Shown here one piece after another: positions 25,287-37,791 of a DNA stretch of 51,203 bases. The position numbers were made by a program, and so were the translations under genes. Source of the DNA: Atractiella rhizophila (lineage: Eukaryota). Location: contig MU271515.1 in the NCBI GenBank assembly GCA_021432655.1, positions 1 through 51,203 on the forward strand, in the 5' to 3' direction. Under the pieces are notes generated by a model. That model saw only the letters and a list, made by a program, of their open reading frames with translations. It made no database searches and was not told where the DNA came from. The stretch's first letter is position 1. Each line of letters starts with the position of its first letter.

Positions 25287-27830
25287 TGAGAGGAATAGAC
25301 GCTGGATGGAGCTAGGGGACAGGAGTTGGTGGTCAAAGATGATAGGATTGATAAGGAAACACATACCTAGGGGACAGGAGTTGGTGGTCAAAGATGATGA
25401 CCACCAAGACTGCCCCCTAGGGAGAAAAACTACGAAGTGAGTAAACACAGCAAAGGTGGCTGACCACACAAAGACAACACCATGAAATTTAATAGCTAAT
25501 CCAACACTCCCACCTGGGCAGCCGCCTCTTGAAGCTCCCACCAAATCCAATAATCGCCCAAGAAAGCTCCCACCGAATATAAACGCATCGAATGGTATGA
25601 CACAAAGAAAACATGTTAATTGTTTGTCTAAAACAACTAGAGAGATCCTCGTACCGCTTAGAGCGGCGTCTTATAACCCCCAGAAGGAGGACAGAGTTTT
25701 ATTGCGCCGCATAACTGCCTCATACACTTGGGTAGGGGCGCAGACCCATCATTTCTCGGAATTTAGAGACTCCACCAACTGGTAAAGCCTTGGTGAGGAG
25801 GTCTGCAGGCATAGATTCGCCAGGACAGAAGACTGGGGCGATGAGTCCAGATTCTACTGTGTCCCTGAGCCAGTAGAAGCGAAGATCCAAGTGCTTCATG
25901 CGCCCGTGGTGCTCAGGATTCTTGCTGACTTGCAAGGCGCTGTTGCTGTCCGTATAAAGTGTTGTTGGTCCCTTTGGAGCGAAGCCAATCTCTTGCAGAA
26001 GATTCCTAAGCCAAACCACCTCTTGTCCTACTGATACCCCTGAGATATACTCCGCCTCCGTGGTTGAGAGTGCCACAAGAGACTGTAACTTGCTGCTCCA
26101 GCTGACTGCTCCTCCTCCAATAGTTAAGAGGTATCCTCCAGTAGACCTGCCAGTATCCTTGCATCCTGCAAAGTCTGCATCACAATATGCCTTGAATGGT
26201 TGAGAGATATCGAAGTCTGAGGCAGAATACTCGATGCACATGTCCTGAGTGCCCTTGAGATAGCGCATGAGGTGTTTGGCAGCTTCCCAGTGCCTCTTGC
26301 CAGGATTTGGAGAGGAATTTTCCGAGGACAGAGACAGTGTGGGCGATGTCAGGGCGTGTAGCAACTGCAAGGTACATGAGAGAGCCGACGACATGACTGT
26401 AGGGAATGGTTCGCATCTCTTCTTCGTCTTCCTTGGTCTGAGGACAGTCTTGCTTCGATAAACTGTGGCCTACACTAAGAGGAGTGAGCACAGGCTTGCA
26501 GTTATCCATCTTCTGTCGAGAGAGAAGGTCCTTAACGTATTGCTCCTGATCCAACCACATCTTCTTCTGCTTCCTATCACGCCTAATCCTCACTCCAAGC
26601 AAAAATTCCGTGCTCCAAGGTCCCTCAGCTTGAATCTCTTCCCTAACTCCTTCTTGAACTCCTCCACAGCGCTTTTGGACGTGCTAGCAATCGTTATATC
26701 GTCCACAAAGACTGGCACAATCACCTTGACTTCACCATTTGAGTAGATCCAGAGACTGCTGTCACACTTGACTTTGGTGAAGCCCATGGAAACGAGTTCC
26801 TTGTCCAGTTTCTTCTGCCATTGACGTCCTCCTTGCCTGGTGCCATAGATTGCTTTGAGGAGTTTGAGAGCGTATTCTGGGGACCTTGAGGATGACCTTC
26901 TGGCTGCTTGGCATAGACTTCAGCGTCCATTTCTCCATTCAAGAAAGCGGTTGAGATGTCCACAGACTCCAGTTCCATGTCTAGGACACAGGCAAGCGAA
27001 AGGATGGTTCTGAGGGTGGCCCATTTGACTGTGGAAGCAAAGGTGTCGAAGAAGTCGAAGCCAGGACGTTGAGAGAAGCCCTTGATGACGAATCTAGCCT
27101 TATAACGCTCAATTGAGCCATCAGACTTCTTCTTGATAGCAAACACCCATCTGGATCCAATGACCTTTGCTCCCTTTGGTGGCTTTACTAGCACCCAACT
27201 CTTGTTGTCCAAGTGCGCTTGAACCTCCTTCACCGTCGCCTCATGCCATTGTTTCGCCTCTGGAGTCTTCATGGCTTCTGCATACGTCTTGGGGATGTGT
27301 TCCTGCGTCCTGTAGCCATGGCCTGTTCAGTAACCTCCATAAAACCACACTCCAACGCTTCAGGCCCTGTAATAATCCAACAATCCTTAGCCAGCATTGC
27401 CAACTCGTCCTCAGAGCTCTCCTCCTGTGGTTGGGGCAGCTTGGGTGCCTTCCAGAACTCGACTGGTGGTCTCCTCTGCCGTTCAGGATAGCGTCTTTCG
27501 ATTGGTGGAGGAGCTGCAGGGGCAGGGATAGCGAGGAGGCGTCATTTGGAGAGGATCAGGCGATTCTGTCTGTCTTCCCACCATCATTAGTCCAGTCCAA
27601 GGGTCTCTCTGAGGAACAAGACGTAGTGGGGGTGTTACTGGCCGCTCTGGGGCTGCCTGTGGCCTGTCTGGTGCTTCTTCCCTCTCTTCCTCCACTTCCT
27701 GATCTTCTCCTTCATCCCTCAATCCTTCAAAACGATTTGGGGATTCCACCCTGAGTCTCTCCCGCTCTCCCTGATCTTCCAAAGCGTCCTCCTCTCTTCA
27801 TCTTCACCAAAATCCAAAAGGACGGCAGGA

Positions 27831-28286
27831 NNNNNNNNNNNNNNNNNNNNNNNNNNNNNNNNNNNNNNNNNNNNNNNNNNNNNNNNNNNNNNNNNNNNNN
27901 NNNNNNNNNNNNNNNNNNNNNNNNNNNNNNNNNNNNNNNNNNNNNNNNNNNNNNNNNNNNNNNNNNNNNNNNNNNNNNNNNNNNNNNNNNNNNNNNNNNN
28001 NNNNNNNNNNNNNNNNNNNNNNNNNNNNNNNNNNNNNNNNNNNNNNNNNNNNNNNNNNNNNNNNNNNNNNNNNNNNNNNNNNNNNNNNNNNNNNNNNNNN
28101 NNNNNNNNNNNNNNNNNNNNNNNNNNNNNNNNNNNNNNNNNNNNNNNNNNNNNNNNNNNNNNNNNNNNNNNNNNNNNNNNNNNNNNNNNNNNNNNNNNNN
28201 NNNNNNNNNNNNNNNNNNNNNNNNNNNNNNNNNNNNNNNNNNNNNNNNNNNNNNNNNNNNNNNNNNNNNNNNNNNNNNNNNNNNNN
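27831..28286. other. Assembly gap (456 N)
   Basis: Run of n. Confidence 0.99.
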
Positions 28287-29139
28287 GTTTTCAGCTTCGT
28301 TCAGTGGTAAGTGTTACAGGAAGTACAGGGGTTCGAGACGTCGTTAGAGGATAGGCAAAAGTTCGAGTGATATAAGTTCTTGTACTGACAGTGGTAGTGA
28401 CCCTTGTTTCATGCGAAGGAGTTCCTGCCTTTAGAGACAAAATGTCGGTGTCAGCTGGTGTCCTCTCCTTCGTACTCACGGTAGTAGCTACCTTCTTGTG
28501 AGTAATGGAGTCTTAAGCGACGTGTACAGAGGTGGTGGGGGGACTTGCGAAGGGACACCGTATCTTCTGAACGGGTGAACTTAGAACTTCTATATTTCGC
28601 TTACGACTTCTCTCCTGAACACTTCCCTTACTAAGACCTGAGTCTTCTGCGAGGACTGGGATAAACACTCGGGACGTAACGACCCTTCGTCGTATCCTAG
28701 ATGTTGTTCCGACGTCTCTTATCCCTCTGCCTTTAGAATCTATCCTAGTCGAGTCTAGAAGTACCTGGCGAGGGTCAACGAAGTTCTCTTCCTAAAGCGA
28801 TAACCCACCGGCAAATATCTGCTCCGTTGTTCAGGTGACCTGCTAACGAAAAGAGTCCTTCTTCAGTCTTCGTGGAGTTGCGAAATTCCTCATGTTTCGA
28901 TACTACGTCTGCAACTGACCTTCCTTTTAGTTCTCTAAGTCCCTCCTGTTTCTTCCACGGATGAGGAGTTGTCTAAAGTTACTTATGGAAGCTTTAACAC
29001 CGTAGGTCGCACTCGTTTGCTAATCCTTGAGAGGAGTAGTTTTACCCTTTCGTCTCTCTCGCTTATCCTGCTAAGTCCTCCCGTACCACCGCTATGACCT
29101 CCTTAGACCAAACGGTGATAAGGAGACCGGAGTAGAACG
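28287..29139. other. Reversed-but-not-complemented copia protease/integrase segment
   Basis: Read backwards it matches 17455-17740. Its base-by-base complement matches 30886-31395 and translates as KSKQVTIHNVLHVPKL...LWHRRLAHLN...CEPCIAGKQHR...SDLHGP. Confidence 0.95.
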
Positions 29140-30565
29140 ACCCTCCAATTTCGCTTCAATCACCACATCTCCAATCCCAGCAGACCAAACCACCTCTCCA
29201 TTCGCAACTCTGATGGGGACAACGTGTTTTCGATAGGATTTGAAGAAGTGGGGGTGTGGAGTCATCGATGAAGTCGCTCCTGTATCGATTAGCCAGTCAG
29301 TCCCAGCTCTCTGGCGACTAATGGCATCGTCTACCGCTGCATAGCTGGTCTCCCCAGCAAATTCTCCCTCTTCTCCTTCGACTCTGGCTTCCCTAACATC
29401 TTCCAACTTCCCAAACTTCGCTTTATATCGTTCCAACTCGCTTTTGAGGCCTTCTGAAGATGTTCCAGGGCAGTTGGCAGCGATATGACCCTTCTTGTGG
29501 CAGTTGAAGCACTCCACAGGTGACCAATCCCTTCTCCCAGATCCCCCACCATTCCTTGCACCTCTCCCACGTCCTACAGAACGTCCCCTGTTGCTGCTGG
29601 ATGCCTGATTTGCCATTTGATTGTTGGAGATGGCTTCCTCTGAGTTCTTGGTGGCTTGGATCGAGTAGAATGCTTGTTTGATCGATTGGAGGTCAGTGGA
29701 TGTCATCAGGGTTAAGTTCTGGACGAAACTGGCCTATTCTGGGCCTAGAGAGCGAATGAGAGCGAAGGATCGAAGGTCCTCCTTCAAATTGTTGAGGGAA
29801 TAGTCCTTGGACAGGGTATTGTTGAAGTCCAGAAGGAGCTGGTCGCTTCTGGCACAGAGGGTGACCAGGGATTCATCTTCTTTCTTCTGGAGAGCAAGCA
29901 GGGCGCTTAGGGATGAAAAACGCGTGGAAGACCTCTTCTGCTGATGGATTTCTTGAAGGGTGGACCAGATCTTGACTGGATCTTGAATGACAGACACCAC
30001 ATGAGCCTTCTGGGTGGATTCCAGGCTGAGGAACAGCATTCCTGCCGCTTTAGAGCGTTCCTTTTCCCATTGCTTTCCCTCCTTCAAATCAGCAGGCTTC
30101 TTCTCCTCTCCACACACAATCTCCCATAGCCCCTTTCGCATTAATTCAGCTTGCATATCGATGCACCAGGTGCCATAGTTCTTCTCTCCAAGGGGGGTGA
30201 TCAAAATTTTACTTTCTTCAGACATGGCGATAAATTCGAGTTTGGATGGTCTGATCTTCGTCGAAATGGAGGGATAGGGCCTTAGGAGGGTCTCGATTAT
30301 GATCCCAAAGTCTTGAATCGATTGGACAAAGGATGGCTGAGTGGTCAAAATTTTCAACCAAGTGGGTGGCAAAATTGAAAATTGCAATTCCAACTGATCT
30401 GTCAATCCCTAGCCACTGCTCTCGCTACCATGCTGGATTTAGCCAATTGCACTAAAATGACTGGTCTAAACTGCCCCCTAGGGGGCTAAAACTCCGAAGT
30501 GAAGCAAACAAAACAGAGGTGGCTGACCACACAAACATAACAGAAATATAACACCTAATCCAACA

Positions 30566-31498
30566 CAGAATACGCCAGTTTCGTCCAGAACTTAACCCTG
30601 ATGACATGCACTGACCTCCAATCGATCAAACAAGCATTCTACTCGATCCAAGCCACCAAGAACTCAGAGGAAGCCATCTCCAACAATCAAATGGCAAATC
30701 AGGCATCCAGCAGCAACAGAGGACGAGGAGGATGGCATCCCAGAGGTGGCAGAGGTGGTGGAAGAGGAGGAACTCGAGATTTTTCGCAATCTGTGTGCAT
30801 CTGCTGCCACAGAAAAGGCCATTTCATCTCCCACTGCCCAGAAACTGCTTCTGGACGCAATAGGATCGAGTTGGAGAAGTACAGAAATGATTCTGGACTC
30901 AGAGGACGCTCCTGACCCCATCTGTGAGCCCTGCATTGCTGGGAAGCAGCATAGGATCTACAACAAGGCTGCAGAGAATAGGGAGACGGAAATCTTAGAT
31001 AGGATCAGCTCAGATCTTCATGGACCGCTCCCAGTTGCTTCAAGAGAAGGATTTCGCTATTGGGTGCCGTTTATAGACGAGGCAACAAGTCACTGGACGA
31101 TTGCTTTTCTCAGGAAGAAGTCAGAAGCACCTCAACGCTTTAAGGAGTACAAAGCTATGATGCAGACGTTGACTGGAAGGAAAATCAAGAGATTCAGGGA
31201 GGACAAAGAAGGTGCCTACTCCTCAACAGATTTCAATGAATACCTTCGAAATTGTGGCATCCAGCGTGAGCAAACGATTAGGAACTCTCCTCATCAAAAT
31301 GGGAAAGCAGAGAGAGCAAATAGGACGATTCAGGAGGGTATGGTGGCGATACTGGAGGAATCTGGTTTGCCACTATTCCTCTGGCCTCACCTTGCTTCGG
31401 CTGTTGTTCACATCAGGAACAGATCCCCCTCTTCCTCCATCAATCACTCCATTCCCTACACAAAATTAACAGGACAATTGGTCGATATTTCACGCTGA
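30566..31498 (+). mobile_element. Internally deleted copia fragment C (gag knuckle joined to integrase core)
   Basis: CICCHRKGHFISHC is followed directly by MILDSEDAPDPICEPCIAGKQHR, SDLHGP and SPHQNGKAERANRT; the protease is missing. Confidence 0.88.
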
Positions 31499-32470
31499 AT
31501 ACCACAGGCCTTGAGGTATTGATCGAATTCCTTGGAGGAATAGGCGCCCTCCTTGTCCTCTCTAAAACTTCTTGATCTTCTTCCCAGTGACATTCTCTAC
31601 CCAATTCTTGAAGGTCTTGAAGAGTTCTGGGGCCTCTGATTTCTTCTTAAGGAAGGCGATGGTGCAATGATTTGTTGCTTCATCAATGAAGGTGACCCAA
31701 TATCGATATTCTTCTCTGGATGTGACTGGAAGGGGTCCATGCAGGTCTGAGCTGATCCTACCCAATACTTCCTTCTCCCTGGTCTCTGCTGACTTGTTGA
31801 AGACCCTATGCTGCTTCCCAGCTAGGCATGGCTCGCAAATAGGGTCTGGATCATCCTCCAGGTCCAAAATCATCCCATTCACAAGTTCCTTCCTCTTCAG
31901 ATGCTTGATGTCCTCATAATTAAGATGTCCAAGTCTTCTGTGCCACAGAGAGGCATCCATAGGCAGTGTGGAAGCATTTCCAGCAAATTCTGGAGCAGGA
32001 AGGGTGTTCCCATTGAGTATCCCAGCCATGCTTCCATTCTTGTAGTCCACAGTGGCAGTAAGGCAGAGTTTTTGACGCTGGAAGAAGAGAACCTTGTTGT
32101 GCTTGATGGAGACCCTCATTCCTTTGTAGATGGTGAGCCTGAAGACTGACAGGAGGTTGTTCCAGAGCTTGGGGACATGTAGGACGTCTGAAATGGTAAT
32201 GGTGGTGGTCTTCTTCTCCCCTAACTTGGCTTCAAAAATCAAGCTCCCAATTCCAGCACTCCAGATCACTTCTCCACTTGCTACCCTGATAGGGATAACC
32301 TTCTTCTGATAGGTTCTGAACCAATGGCGATGGGGAGACATGTGGGAAGTTGCACCAGTGTCTGCTATCCACTCAAGGCTTGCTTGAGGCATAGTGACAT
32401 CATTTGCTGCAGCAAGACTGTTCAGCCCAGCAAATTCCAACCCATTAAGAGCCATTTCCATCCCAAACAT
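31499..32470 (-). mobile_element. Copia fragment D (protease, GAG-pre-integrase, integrase N-half)
   Basis: WIADTGATSHMS, VLHVPKLWNNLLSV, LWHRRLGHLN, CEPCLAGKQHR and SDLHGP. Confidence 0.9.
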
Positions 32471-32804
32471 CCTCCTAGACCCTGTGGTTGAGTTGTAAGA
32501 TCCCCTGATGTGATGGAGAAAGGGTGATAGGGGCCAATGTGATGATGTGATGGTGGCAAGTTTCGAAATTTTGACTCTTCTGATCAAGGTGATCTGTTGT
32601 AGGATTGTAGAATAGCCTATTGTGAATCCAATGGCGATAAAATTGTCCAGATCAGACCAGATCAGAGCAGATCTGACCTCAAAAAGTCGAAAATTGCGTT
32701 TTGGGGGTATGAAGGAGGTGATGGAGTGGCTATCTCAAAATTTTCGCTTGTTGTGACCAAGGTGGTTCCTAGTAAAGTTGTAGCGCAGTGTTTCACGATC
32801 AAAA

Positions 32805-32995
32805 TGTTAGTTGTAGTGTGTTGTTTTGGTCGTCTGCCTCGTATGACTCATATGAGTCATCACTATGCAGTTTAGTTCTGCCTAGGAGTGTTGGTGCTCA
32901 TTATTGACCACCAACCACTCCTAGGTATGTCTCTCCATACTTCTCTAATGTGCTTATTATTGACCACCAACCACTCCTAGCCTTAGATCTTTACA
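32805..32995 (+). mobile_element. Solo LTR type D (191 bp)
   Basis: TGTTAG...TTTACA termini with a 5-bp TSD CAAAA at 32800-32804 and 32996-33000. Homologous to 33266-33356 and 38327-38461. Confidence 0.87.
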
Positions 32996-33265
32996 CAAAA
33001 TAAGCCCTATAACGTCCAAATTCATCAAAGTTTGAGTCCAGGGTGGCAAAGTGCGTTTTGAGGCAGGAAGGGGTGGTAAGGTGATAGATTTCGATATTTC
33101 TTGATTCCTGAGTAAGCAGACACCTTCTGAGGTGATAAAGGGATGTCTGAGGATCACAGATCTGTCTTGATCATCGAAATTGAGCAAAATTTGAGTGTAG
33201 GAGGGGTGAAAATGTGGTCTGGAGGAGGGCTCATTATTGACCACCAACTACTCCTAGGTACATCT

Positions 33266-36120
33266 ACCAACACTCCTACGCAAAACTAAACTACATAGTG
33301 ATGACTCATATGAGTCATAAGAGGCAGATGACCAAAAAAACACACTACAACTAACACTCCCACCTGGGCAGCTGTCTCTTGACTCTCCCACCAAATCCAG
33401 AGAATCTCCCACCAAATTCGTACAATGTATAGCCAATATAAAGCAGAAAGCATATGAGTTTTGCAATGAAAAGAAGAGGGAAAGTCCTTGCACCGCTTAA
33501 AGCGGCGTCTTATAACCCCACAGAGGAGGAAAGGAATTTTATTGTGCCCCATAACTGCCTCAGACACTTGGGGAGGGGCGCAAACCCATCATAACTCGAA
33601 ACTTGTCTACGCTGGCGACTGGAAGTGCCTTGGTAAGGAGGTCCGCTGGCATATTGACCCCCAGACAGAAGACTGGACTGATCTTGCCCATCTCAACAAC
33701 ATCTCTGATCCAATAAAAGCGAAGGTCCAGGTGTTTCATTCGACCATGGTGCTCAGGGTTCTTGGATACCCGGAGAGTGCTGCTACTGTCTGTGAAGAGG
33801 GGAGTAGGACCTTGAGGAGCAAAGCCAATTTCTTCTAGAAGATTCCTTAGCCAGACAACTTCTTGACCTGCTGAGACTCCTGAGACATATTTCCCTTCCG
33901 TAGTAGAAAGAGCAACGAGGGATTGTAGTTTGCTGCTCCAACTGACTGCCTCGTTGCCTATCTTGAGGAGATAGCCTCCTGTAGAACGTCTAGTATCCTT
34001 GCACCCAGCAAAATCTGCATCGCAGAAGGCGTGAAAAGGTTGTCAAAACCAGTTGCAGAATACTCAATTCCTAAGTTCTGAGTGTAGAAGATGCTTCACC
34101 TCTTCCCAGTGCTTCTTTCCAGGATTAGAGAGGTACTTTCCAAGTACAGAGACTGCATGAGCAATATCTGGACGAGTGGAGATGGCCAAGTACATCATGG
34201 AGCCAACAACATTGCTGTAAGGGATTGTGCGCATTTCTTCCTGTTCTTCTTTTGTCTCAGGGCAGTCCTGCTTGCTGAGACCGTGTGCAACGTTGAGAGG
34301 AGTGAGGGCAGGGTTGCAATCGTCCATCTGTTGGCATTCTAGGAGGTCCTTGACATACTGTTCTTGACCCAACCACATCATTATTCGCTTTCTATCTCTC
34401 CTAATACGAACCCCAAGTAGGAATCCCGTTGGTCCAAGGTCTCTGAGCTTGAATCACTTCCCTAACTCCCTCTTGAAGTTCTCTACAGCACCCTTGGATG
34501 TGCTAGCGATTGTAATGTCATCCACAAAGACCGGGACAAGTACTTTGATGTCCCCCTTCGAGTAAATCCACAGACTAGAGTCGCTCTTGATCTTCTTAAA
34601 TCCCATATTGACGAGTTCCTTATCGAGTTTCTTCTGCCATTGACGTCCTCCTTGCCTTGTGCCATAGATAGCCTTGATTAACTTGAGAACGTACTCTGGA
34701 GGACCCTGTGGATGACCTTCTGGTTGTTGTGCATAGACCTCTGCATCCATATCGCCGTTGAGGAATGCCGTAGAGATATCCACTGACTCCAACTCCATGT
34801 CCAAGACACAAGCGAGCGAAAGAATCGTCCTAAGTGTCGCCCATTTGACCGAAGATGCGAAAGTGTCAAAGTAGTCAAATCCAGGGCGTTGAGAGAACCC
34901 CTTGATGACGAATCTGGCCTTGAAGCGTTCAATAGAACCATCTAACTTCTTCTTAACCGCAAACACCCATCGAGAACCAACGATTTTTGCTCCTTTAGGC
35001 GGTTTGACCAGAATCCAACTCTTGTTGTCCAAGTGAGATTGAATCTCCTTCACTGTCGCTTCATGCCATTCCTTCGCATTTGGGCTTGTTGGATTAGATG
35101 TTATATTTCTGTTATGTTTGTGTGGTCAGCCACCTCTGTTTTGTTTGCTTCACTTCGGAGTTTTAGCCCCCTAGGGGGCAGTTTAGGCGGTCATCATCTT
35201 TGACCACCAATCACTGTCCCCTAGCTCCATCCAGCATCAGATTCTCTCAGGGCTTGCCATTGCTCTTGAATAGGACTGAGGGACCTCTACTCCTGTTGCT
35301 GCACTCATGGCATGCTCTGTGACAAGCATATAGCCATATTCCATCGCCTCTGGCTCGGTGAGTATGTCACATTCCTTTACCAACATCCCAAGCTCGTCTG
35401 TTGACCCTTCGTCGTTGTTTTGAGGCGCTTCTGGGGTCCTAAATCTGTCGACAGGAGGTCCTCTACTTGTAGAATAAATTCTTGAAGGCCTGGTGACGGG
35501 GGGAGGTGTTGAAGCTGCTGGAGGAGGTCGATCTGTTGTTGTTGGGTGGATCTGGAGTGGATCTGGAGACTCTGAGAATCTAGGCATGTGAACTCCTGTC
35601 CAAGGATCTCTCTGCATGGTGTACTGACGAGGTGGTGTCCTAGGGCGTTCAGGCACAAGCTGTAGCAGATCTGGAGATGGCTCTCTTTCTTCTTCTTCTT
35701 CTTCTTCAACCTGAAGGGGCTGAAATCTGTTTGGAGACTGTATTCCAAGCGGTCTGGGTTGTTCCTGAGGTGTAGGTGGTGCTCCTCGCTGTCGAATCCA
35801 TTCTTTTTCTTCATCATCATCGTCTAGCGAAATCCTGGCTGGAAGACTGGCTGGAGCATTATTCTGTCCATCTCTCACCAGATCCTGACCCTCCTTCCAT
35901 TCATCAAGTGGTCCCTGTGGCTCTTCCAACGTAATCTTCTCCTTCCTGACCTTGCAGAGCATCTCTCTCTCATCAATAATATCTCGCTGGACAAACTATT
36001 GTCACCATGTACCCTGACATCGTTGATTTCTGGTCTTGGGATCAGTATATTGAGAAGGTAGATGGATGGTTCTTTAGTAATTTCACTAAGCCCATCCCTT
36101 GCGTAAGTCTTATTACACAA
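33266..36120 (-). mobile_element. Copia 3' half (integrase tail, RT, RNase H, PPT, partial type-D LTR), decayed
   Basis: RT motifs GSRWVFAVKK, ERFKARFV, VFVDDI and AISTRPDIAHAV, plus RNase H motifs. PPT at 33357-33365 abuts the LTR end at 33356. Confidence 0.9.
35087..35249 (+). mobile_element. Solo LTR type B (163 bp) inserted at the start of RT
   Basis: TGTTGGA...CTCTCA termini with a 5-bp TSD GGGCT at 35082-35086 and 35250-35254. Removing it restores RAMASPNAKEWHEA. Confidence 0.92.
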
Positions 36121-37335
36121 AGTAGCAATATTGATGAATGATTGCTTTTAAGCGCCCTCAACACGACAATCAGATAGAGAGAACCGACATGGGTGCAAAT
36201 AATCAATCTCCTCCTTCAATCGAAGTAATCGATGAACTCGAATCGGTTGCTGTTGTATAATCACTCAGACCTGATACTTCAACTTCGGACATTGAAGACG
36301 CAACACCGCTAGCTCAATTACCCTTCCCTCTTTGGAGACCATGTCTACTGGTTTGCAAGATGTTGCAGTTTATTGGCCTCCAAAGAAGAGCCCAGCCAAG
36401 ATGTTCGCTACTACAGAGACTGTAAGAGCTCTTTCAGCCCCAAGTATCACTGGAAGCCTTCAAGGAGGGTATTATGGAATTATCTCCAATAGTCAACCTT
36501 CTTCTCCTCCTCTTCCTTGGTGAGCACCCCTCCAAGTTGAATATGCTGGTCTGAGAGACTTCAGCCCTGCCTTCACCAAAGCCTTGCTCATCTATCGCAT
36601 CATGATGTGCAAGATTGACACCTCAGAACCCAATGGTTGGAAGATCTTAGCAGTCCTCAACTGTGATCTGGAGACAGGAAGACACCACCCAATTGGAAGA
36701 CCTGTCTATTGGCTAACCCTCAAGGACTTACACAGGCAACCTGCTTGTAGTAAACTACTTGCAGCTATGAAAGCTACTAGGAAGTTTTTGAAGGCTTTTG
36801 ATGCTGTGAGACACTAAACATCAGAAAATTTCCTTCTCTTTCTAAAGGATATAGCGAACAACTTGTACTTATACAAGTGTGTGAACGGCCTTCGTCCTTC
36901 AGGCCCCCCAACCCACTCACAAGGGGCATGGCCCCTTGAACCCTACTGTGACCGTTGTAAGGGTTCGAGTCCAGTACAAAACATATTTTTCAACCCTTTC
37001 AGAATAAAATTTCCTTGCAGGTTCAGAAAGGGGCAAGCATGTAGGATATGATGGTACAATACATTTCATTCTATTGTGTATGGTGAGGGAGGTGTGAGGG
37101 CTTAAAAGTATGTCTTATGACTCATGCCAAGAACTGATGAATCTTAGAGTATAAGGATTGCTAGGCTAAGAGAACCCCTTGTATTTGTATTTCTCAAGCA
37201 AAGAACTTGTATGATACAAAGGCACTAGATTAATAAGAACAATTGAACACTGTTCATGAAAGAAGATAGTATAGTGCCACGTCCCCTACAGGTTCAAGGC
37301 TTGAGGACAAGCCTTCCTTTCAAGGAGGGAGAAGT

Positions 37336-37791
37336 TGTAATGGTTAGGCCACATACATTATAGGAGATAGTGGAACCTTCTGGAACCTCTTAGAACAGCC
37401 TAGAACATTACTCTGGGATATCGTAGAACAGTTTAGAATATTCTCTGAATAACCTTAACTACCATCACTTAGAGTGTCTGGAATATTCTGGAACAATTCC
37501 GTAACCACATAAAAGGAGCTCAAATGAGTAAGGATTCCAGACATTCCAACAACCCTACTTCTTCAGCACATTGTAGAGACTGGATCAACACCACCACAAC
37601 TAACCCTTCAAACCTCTTGTATACATTTCATCTTCTAGTACTTCTTTAGAATAACATAAAGATTACTGACAACCAACGATGTCAAGTCTTGTGCCTAGCT
37701 TACGAAAGGATTGCTATTTAAACCTAGTGTGAAAGAGATCAAAAGACATAAACTTTGTAAAGTCTAGTCGTGAAACCGTCTAACCTTTACA
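37336..37791 (+). mobile_element. 3' LTR of a gypsy-like element (type E, 456 bp)
   Basis: TGTAATGGTTAG...CTAACCTTTACA inverted termini, preceded by the purine tract AAGGAGGGAGAAG and by CTTGAGGACAAG, typical of gypsy 3' ends. Confidence 0.7.

Larger units (their letters stand above)
25287..30565 (-). mobile_element. Near full-length Ty1/copia retrotransposon copy B (defective)
   Basis: In order: 5' LTR 30431-30565, PBS TGGTAGCGAGAG at 30419-30430, gag ATG at 30225, CCHC knuckle, protease WLIDTGATSSM, integrase (in the mirrored block and gap), RT (SRWVFAIKK, ERYKARFV, VFVDDI), RNase H (YCDADFAG, LSTTEAEY, ADLLTK), PPT at 25507-25515, 3' LTR 25287-25506. Frameshifts are present and there is no TSD. 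Confidence 0.92.

Noticed and set aside
28291..28479. 62-aa ORF in the ORF track
   Set aside because: A chance ORF within the mirrored block.
36955..36975. GGTTCGAGTCC T-loop/B-box suggesting a tRNA
   Set aside because: No cloverleaf or acceptor stem; it is one arm of a local GAACCCT/AGGGTTC hairpin.
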